Positions 25,552 through 31,034 of a DNA stretch of 31,034 bases are shown here, piece by piece (position 1 is the first letter of the stretch; each line of letters opens with the position of its first letter). A program made the translations under genes and the position numbers. The notes under the pieces were generated by a model. That model worked only from the letters and a program-made list of their open reading frames with translations. It ran no database searches and was not told where the DNA came from. Origin of the DNA: a virus (lineage: Duplodnaviria > Caudoviricetes); the IMG/VR virus record IMGVR_UViG_3300032295_000861, positions 1 through 31,034 of that record; one strand, written 5' to 3'.

Positions 25552-26786
25552 TGCCACTTAGTCTAGCACAAGACACTATTGCCAAGTGTAAGAATCGTTT
25601 TATCACAGTTGTAGCAGGTCGTAGATTTGGCAAGACACATTTAAGCATTCGTCAACTGTGTTACCACGCTAAAGAACCTGATCGTAATGTTTGGTATGTT
25701 GCCCCCACATACAGACAAGCCAAACAGATTGTGTGGCGTAAGTTAAAGAATAAACTGCAAGATCTCAAGTGGACCAAACGAGTTAATGAAAGTGAACTTA
25801 CCATTGAACTTAAGAATGGAAGTCTAATATCACTTAAAGGTGCTGACAATGCCGACTCCTTAAGAGGTGTTGGTCTAGACTATCTGGTCATGGATGAGTT
25901 TGCAGACATTGATCCTGAAGCATGGTATGAAGTACTTCGTCCTACACTAGCAGACAAAGAGGGTGGTGCTCTATTCATCGGCACACCCAAAGGTCTGGGC
26001 AACTGGGCACATGACCTATACAATATGCCCACAGAGCAACCTGAGCAGTGGGCCAGTTTTCAATACACTACCATAGATGGCGGCAATGTTAAACCTGAAG
26101 AGATTGAAGCAGCCCGCAGGGACTTAGACGAGCGAACATTTAGACAAGAGTTTCTAGCAACCTTTGAAACTTATGCTGGCAGAATATATTACGCATTTGA
26201 TCGTAAGAAAAACATAACCACACTGACTGACATTAAGACTGATGTTATACACATTGGTATTGACTTTAACATTGACCCTATGTCAGCAGTGATAGCAGTT
26301 CAATTTAAGGACTATCTCTATGTCATCGACGAAATCCGTATGTTTTCTAGTAACACCCAAGAACTTGTGGCAGAAATTAAGGCACGATACCCAGCAAGCA
26401 GGGTCTGGGCATATCCTGACCCAGCATCGAGGCAAAGGAAAACATCAGCGGGCGGCGCTACTGATCTCACCATACTACAGAACGCAGGATTTGTCTGCAA
26501 AGCACCCAATGCACACACACCAGTTAGAGACAGGATCAACGCAGTTAACTCAAGATTAGGCAATTCTGCTGGCGAATCTAGACTGTTAATTGCTCCAAGT
26601 TGTAAATATACCATAGAAGGTCTGGAGCGACAAACCTATAAAGAAGGTACTGTTCAACCTGACAAAGAATCAGGTTACGATCACCAAATGGACGCATTGG
26701 GATACATGGTGGATTATATGTTCCCTGTTCGCAGAGATACTGCACCATATACACCACAACGATGGGGCCATCAATTGGCTGCATAA
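25551..26786 (+). CDS. terL: Terminase large subunit
   Basis: Walker A 'AGRRFGKT', 'YVAPTYRQAK', Walker B 'LRGVGLDYLVMDE', 'IGTPKG', and nuclease motifs 'GIDFNIDP' and 'DHQMDALGY'. Confidence 0.97.
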   Translation: MPLSLAQDTIAKCKNRFITVVAGRRFGKTHLSIRQLCYHAKEPDRNVWYVAPTYRQAKQIVWRKLKNKLQDLKWTKRVNESELTIELKNGSLISLKGADNADSLRGVGLDYLVMDEFADIDPEAWYEVLRPTLADKEGGALFIGTPKGLGNWAHDLYNMPTEQPEQWASFQYTTIDGGNVKPEEIEAARRDLDERTFRQEFLATFETYAGRIYYAFDRKKNITTLTDIKTDVIHIGIDFNIDPMSAVIAVQFKDYLYVIDEIRMFSSNTQELVAEIKARYPASRVWAYPDPASRQRKTSAGGATDLTILQNAGFVCKAPNAHTPVRDRINAVNSRLGNSAGESRLLIAPSCKYTIEGLERQTYKEGTVQPDKESGYDHQMDALGYMVDYMFPVRRDTAPYTPQRWGHQLAA

Positions 26787-26801
26787 CAAGGAAATACATA
26801 A

Positions 26802-28361
26802 ATGAGCGATCAAACATTAAGCCAAGACTTTGCACGAGTCTCAACTACAAACTTAGAATACAGCCGCAACAGAGATCGTTGGGCTTTTCTATTAGATTCA
26901 TATGTAGGTGGAGATCAATACAAGCAGGGCACCTATCTAACCCGCTATCAACTAGAGACAGCACAAGAGTATAATGGTCGCATCAACAACACACCATTGA
27001 TCAATCATTGCTCGTCAATTATCTCAGTTTACACCAGTTTCCTATTCCGTGAAGAACCAGATAGAGACTTTGGCACATGGCAAGGCCGCCCTGACCTAGA
27101 AGCATTCTTAGAAGACTGCGACATGGAAGGCAGAGACCTAGACTCATTCATGAAGGATGTGGCAACTTGGAATTCAGTGTTTGGCCATTGCTGGTTGTTA
27201 ATGACCAAACCCAACATTGGTGCTGCCACACAAGCAGATGAACAAGTCTTAGGACTACGACCTTGGCTTAACCTATTAACACCATTGGCTGTATTAGATT
27301 GGACTTGGGAGCGAACACCCACTGGCTACTATGAATTAACAGAGTTCAAATACATTGAAGAAATTGTTGACAAGATCACTATTGTCAAAGAATGGACCAA
27401 GTCAGAGATCCGCACTTGGGTCATGGATGATCAAAATAAGAAAGCCGCACTAAAAAGCATAGAAGTTAATGGACTAGGTATGATACCTGCTGTACTGGCC
27501 TATAACAAGCGCAGTATTGTCAAGGGCATTGGTGTTAGTGACATTGCTGACATTGCTGATCTACAGCGTATGATCTATAACTTGACCAGTGAATTAGATC
27601 AAAGTCACAGACAAGACGGACATCCCAGCCTTGTAGTCACACCTGATGTACAGTATGGCAGTGGTGCTGGTGCTGTAATAGTTGTGCCAGAAAATAGTGA
27701 TCCTGGCCTAAGACCTTATTATCTAGAGCATGGTGGTGCTAACATTGTCAGTCTACACAACACAATACAAAAATTAGTGGACAACATTGACAAAATTGCC
27801 AACACTGGTGGAGTTCGTGCTACAGAAAGCAGAACACTGTCAGGTGTAGCCATGGAAGTTGAATTTAGTTTGTTGAACAGTCGTCTTGCTGAAAAAGCAG
27901 ATAACTTAGAACTTGCTGAAGAACAATTATGGGCAATATTTGCAGCCTATCAAGGATTAGATTCCTCAGAGGTAGAAGTAGAATATCCAGGCAGTTTCAA
28001 CATCCGTGATGATCAACGAGAATTCCAGCAACTGGCCAGTGCCAAGTCAGCGGCCACTGATCCTGTATTATTGCGTGTCATTGACGAAAAACTATTAGAA
28101 ATGTTAGGTGAAGAAAAAGAAAGATTGCCCTACATTGATATCAATCCTATCCCAGGTAGAACATATCCTGATGGCCAAGCAATCCCAGAGAGTCTACCAC
28201 CATTATACATAGACAGCGCAGATCCACAAGTCCCTGAAGGACAGAACTGCCAAGGTTGCGAATATTATAAATCCACTGAAGGTTACTGTACCAAATTTGA
28301 TGCACTAGTCCGTGCTACTTGGTGGTGTGCGAAATTCGAGCCCGCAGAAGAGGACTATTGA
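26802..28361 (+). CDS. Portal protein with C-terminal HiPIP-like 4-Cys extension
   Basis: Follows TerL; SPP1-like portal features ('NGLGMIPAV', 'GVSDIADIADLQRMIYN', 'SGVAM'); C-terminal C-x2-C-x9-C-x12-C. Confidence 0.9.
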   Translation: MSDQTLSQDFARVSTTNLEYSRNRDRWAFLLDSYVGGDQYKQGTYLTRYQLETAQEYNGRINNTPLINHCSSIISVYTSFLFREEPDRDFGTWQGRPDLEAFLEDCDMEGRDLDSFMKDVATWNSVFGHCWLLMTKPNIGAATQADEQVLGLRPWLNLLTPLAVLDWTWERTPTGYYELTEFKYIEEIVDKITIVKEWTKSEIRTWVMDDQNKKAALKSIEVNGLGMIPAVLAYNKRSIVKGIGVSDIADIADLQRMIYNLTSELDQSHRQDGHPSLVVTPDVQYGSGAGAVIVVPENSDPGLRPYYLEHGGANIVSLHNTIQKLVDNIDKIANTGGVRATESRTLSGVAMEVEFSLLNSRLAEKADNLELAEEQLWAIFAAYQGLDSSEVEVEYPGSFNIRDDQREFQQLASAKSAATDPVLLRVIDEKLLEMLGEEKERLPYIDINPIPGRTYPDGQAIPESLPPLYIDSADPQVPEGQNCQGCEYYKSTEGYCTKFDALVRATWWCAKFEPAEEDY

Positions 28362-28671
28362 TATCAGGACCAGTCCATTGATTTCTGACTCTCTTTTTAT
28401 TTTTCATATCATCCATATTCTCTTGGTGGGTGCCTAAAAATAAATGAGCAGGATTGATACAACGACGATTATCACAACTATGACAAACATCCATATTATC
28501 AGGAAGGTGCCCATTGGCAAGCAAGAATGCCAATCTATGTGCGGCATATCGTTTTCCGTGATACCACGCTTGTCCATAACCCCAAATGGTAGTTGTCTTA
28601 CTCCACTCCCAACAATCGTTTGGAGTTTTTATTGTAGAATTAAAAATGTTTTCAGGTGTATTCTTTCGCAT
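28315..28671 (-). CDS. HNH endonuclease, reverse orientation, overlapping portal 3' end
   Basis: CWEWS...AHRLAF...VCHSCDNRRCINPAHLFLGTHQENMDDM. Confidence 0.9.
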   Translation of the reverse strand: MRKNTPENIFNSTIKTPNDCWEWSKTTTIWGYGQAWYHGKRYAAHRLAFLLANGHLPDNMDVCHSCDNRRCINPAHLFLGTHQENMDDMKNKKRVRNQWTGPDINSPLLRARISHTTK

Positions 28672-28709
28672 ACTGCTAATGATACACTATTTTATAAAGG
28701 AAGTCAATC

Positions 28710-28784
28710 ATGAACAATCCATTACCAGTTCGCGGCATGAGAACCGCTAAGAACAAAAAGCGTCCTAAGCCGCCTAAGAAATAA
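28710..28784 (+). CDS. Tiny basic peptide (24 aa)
   Basis: AAGGAAG RBS; MNNPLPVRGMRTAKNKKRPKPPKK*, with TAATG coupling to the next ORF. Confidence 0.6.
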   Translation: MNNPLPVRGMRTAKNKKRPKPPKK

Positions 28785-28933
28785 TGCCAATACATCGAGC
28801 AACAGGCCCTAGAGGCGGCAAAGGTTATCAATACGGCACACAAGGGAAAGTATATCCCACCCGTGCTCAGGCAGTAAAACAAGCACAAGCCATCAAGGCA
28901 TCACAGGCTGCTGCCAAGAAAAAAGGCAAATAA
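28784..28933 (+). CDS. Small basic protein (49 aa)
   Basis: MPIHRATGPRGGKGYQYGTQGKVYPTRAQAVKQAQAIKASQAAAKKKGK*. Confidence 0.7.
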   Translation: MPIHRATGPRGGKGYQYGTQGKVYPTRAQAVKQAQAIKASQAAAKKKGK

Positions 28934-28965
28934 GCCTAAAGTTTAACGATTTATACCAAGTTCGT

Positions 28966-28971
28966 TAAATA
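28966..28971 (+). promoter_or_regulatory. T4-late-like promoter core TAAATA upstream of scaffold/capsid
   Basis: gtTAAATA in the intergenic gap, then GGAGG RBS and ATG 29009. Confidence 0.6.
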
Positions 28972-29008
28972 ACATATTAAACAACTCTGAAAGGGAGGCA
29001 CGCTTACT

Positions 29009-29680
29009 ATGAGCAACCAAGACATAGGCAATCTGGACAATACTGATGAGTCCACTACAAATAATCAGGCCGCAGTCAAAACTTACACACAAGAGGAATT
29101 TGATCAGCACATGGCAAGGATGAAGGCCAGCATATCTAAAAAATATGAAAAGACCTTTGCCGAACTAGGTGATATCGATGAACTTAAGACACTCAAGCAA
29201 CAAGCAGAACAGCGTAAGCAAGAAGAAAGTGTCAAGCGTGGTGAATTTGAAAAAGTTCTACAAGATATGGCAGCAAAGAAAGATGCTGAAATTCAGCGTC
29301 GTGATCAAATTATTAGAGAATATACTGTGGATGTGCCATTGGTTACAGCAGCAGCAAACTACAAGGCAGTCAATGCCGAGCAAGTTCGCACACTGTTAAA
29401 ACCCAGTGTTCGTCTAGGTGAAGATGGTCAAGTGGAAATCGTTGACAAAGAAGGAAAAGTTAGATATAACGATTCGGGTCAGCCTTTCAGAGTAGATGAT
29501 TTAGTCAAAGAATTCCTTGACACTAATCCTCACTTTAAGTCAGCAACACCAGCCACCTCCTCAGGCAAATCTAATATTGGTCAAAAGCAAGATAAGGTTG
29601 ACATTTCTAAATTGAATATGTCTAACCCAGAAGACCGTAAGATTTACGCACAATATCGTAAATCAAACGGTATAGCCTAA
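29009..29680 (+). CDS. Capsid scaffolding protein
   Basis: 'KTYTQEEFD' motif, long charged coiled coil, directly before the capsid gene. Confidence 0.85.
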   Translation: MSNQDIGNLDNTDESTTNNQAAVKTYTQEEFDQHMARMKASISKKYEKTFAELGDIDELKTLKQQAEQRKQEESVKRGEFEKVLQDMAAKKDAEIQRRDQIIREYTVDVPLVTAAANYKAVNAEQVRTLLKPSVRLGEDGQVEIVDKEGKVRYNDSGQPFRVDDLVKEFLDTNPHFKSATPATSSGKSNIGQKQDKVDISKLNMSNPEDRKIYAQYRKSNGIA

Positions 29681-29700
29681 CAAATTAAAGGAGACTTAAA

Positions 29701-30564
29701 ATGGCTGGATCTACAATGACAACTTTGAACGACTTACTACCTACCATCGTTCAAGAAGCATTATTCGTTGCAAGCGAGCGCAGTATCATGCGCGGTATTG
29801 TAAAAAATTATTCTTTGGGCCCTGCTCAAGGTAAAACAATTCAGGTTCCAATTTACCCAATTCAGACTGCTGTAGCAGTTACTGAGGGTGATGAGGTATC
29901 TAACACAGAAGTATCTACCAATGTTGCTACATTTGATGTTGCACAAGTTGGTATCCGTACTCTAGTAACTGACATGGCATTGAACGCAAGTTCTAGCAAT
30001 GTCGTTGCTGACCTAGGCCGTTTATTCGGTGACGCTATTGCTCGTAAGATGGACCAGGACTTGATTGCCAAGTTCAGTTCTTTCACTTCTAACACTGTTG
30101 GTTCTACCAGCACAACTATTACTCCAGCATTATTGATGCAAGCCATCACTAAGTTGAAGAATGGTGCTGTTCCTACAGATGGTTTAGTTTGTGTATTACA
30201 CCCAAGCGTAGCCTATGACTTAAAAGCAGCATTGACTACACAAGGTAACACAGCGTTTGGCGCCAATGGCACAAGCAATGATGTTGCCAATGAAGCAATG
30301 CGTGAAGGTTATGTTGGTCGTTTGTTCGGTGTTCCAGTATTTGAAACATCTAACTTCTCTAACACTGGCGCTGCTGGTGACTTTGTTGGTGGTATTTTCC
30401 ACCGTGACGCTCTAGGCCTAGGCATTATGCGTGACATTCAGATCGAAACACAACGCCGTGCTAGTTACCTAGGCACTGACATTGTTGCTTCTGCTATGTA
30501 TGGTACTGGTGTTGTCTATGAAGGTTACGGTTGTGCCGCAACTTTCGATTCTACAGTTCTTTAA
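29701..30564 (+). CDS. Major capsid protein (HK97 fold)
   Basis: AAGGAG RBS; 287 aa; 'GKTIQVP', 'AIARKMDQDL', 'VLHPSVAYDL', 'GYVGRLFGVPVFETSN'. Confidence 0.93.
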   Translation: MAGSTMTTLNDLLPTIVQEALFVASERSIMRGIVKNYSLGPAQGKTIQVPIYPIQTAVAVTEGDEVSNTEVSTNVATFDVAQVGIRTLVTDMALNASSSNVVADLGRLFGDAIARKMDQDLIAKFSSFTSNTVGSTSTTITPALLMQAITKLKNGAVPTDGLVCVLHPSVAYDLKAALTTQGNTAFGANGTSNDVANEAMREGYVGRLFGVPVFETSNFSNTGAAGDFVGGIFHRDALGLGIMRDIQIETQRRASYLGTDIVASAMYGTGVVYEGYGCAATFDSTVL

Positions 30565-30578
30565 TTAGGGGAAATATA

Positions 30579-31034
30579 ATGGCATTCATTACTTCAGGTA
30601 GTACAGTTATAAGTTTTGCTGAATATGAAGATGTTCTAGCAATTGACCAACGCCTATTTGAGGCTAATGAAGGCTTTACTGATGTTATTGTTGAGGATGC
30701 GTTGATCAAAGCGACCACTCGTATCCTTAACAAGATTAGAGCCAGTGACTGGTGGAAGAATTACTATATCAGTAGAACTACTGATTTGAGTAGCATTGCC
30801 ACTAGGACTGGTTATAGTTTGCCTAGTCCAGTTGGTGCTAAGATTCTAACCCGCAAGGACGAGTTTCAAGACATGTGTGTTTATTTCGCACTTGCTGAAT
30901 ACTTGTACCCCAAGGTTGCAGATTTTGGCAACACAGACTCAGCAGAGCGTCAGAAGATTGGTTTCTATGATGAGAAGTTTAGAGCAATGTTCACAGATTT
31001 GCTAAACGCAGGTGACTGGTATGATTTTTCAGGT
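30579..31034 (+). CDS. 5' part of putative head-tail adaptor/connector (continues through the junction to stop at 186)
   Basis: ATG 30579 (MAFITSGSTVISFAEYEDVLAIDQRLFEANEG...), open to the end of the window. Confidence 0.75.
   Translation, partial: MAFITSGSTVISFAEYEDVLAIDQRLFEANEGFTDVIVEDALIKATTRILNKIRASDWWKNYYISRTTDLSSIATRTGYSLPSPVGAKILTRKDEFQDMCVYFALAEYLYPKVADFGNTDSAERQKIGFYDEKFRAMFTDLLNAGDWYDFSG
30912..31034. repeat. Terminal direct repeat, copy 2
   Basis: Identical to 1-123. Confidence 0.97.

Noticed and set aside
30912-31034. 123-bp repeat as a biological terminal repeat or att site
   Set aside because: It lies in the middle of a CDS that reads through the junction, which is what an assembler overlap on a circular or permuted genome looks like. 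True ends need read-level analysis.
1-31034. Alternative genetic code (stop-codon reassignment)
   Set aside because: Standard-code ORFs tile the genome densely and core genes are full length.

Overview
The window is a complete, circularly assembled genome of a small tailed phage with a long non-contractile tail (siphovirus-type). Bases 1-123 repeat 30912-31034, so the unit length is 30,911 bp, and one head-tail gene reads straight across the junction. Nearly all genes are on the + strand. They cover packaging and head (TerS, TerL, portal, scaffold, major capsid), neck and tail (with a lambda-type GGGAAAG -1 frameshift), about 12.7 kb of tail-tip and fibre genes, six HNH or HNH-like genes and a short block of small unknown ORFs. 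I recognise no polymerase, primase, helicase, SSB, recombinase, integrase, repressor, sigma factor or endolysin. Ten intergenic sites carry TAAATA/TATAAATA, the core of the T4-type late promoter. At three of them ATG follows exactly 5 nt later, and at a fourth an RNA stem begins at that same spacing. That RNA is about 190 nt (20522-20712) and has two large loops, each antisense to a ribosome-binding site plus start codon. One loop matches the adjacent gene. The other reads like the start of a T4-like tail-sheath gene, which this phage lacks. Best hypothesis (inference, untested): a satellite or hyperparasite that builds its own virion but borrows late transcription, replication and lysis from a large T4-like helper phage, and may silence helper genes with antisense RNA. 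The portal also ends in a HiPIP-like 4-Cys domain. All product calls come from motif recognition and gene order, not database searches.
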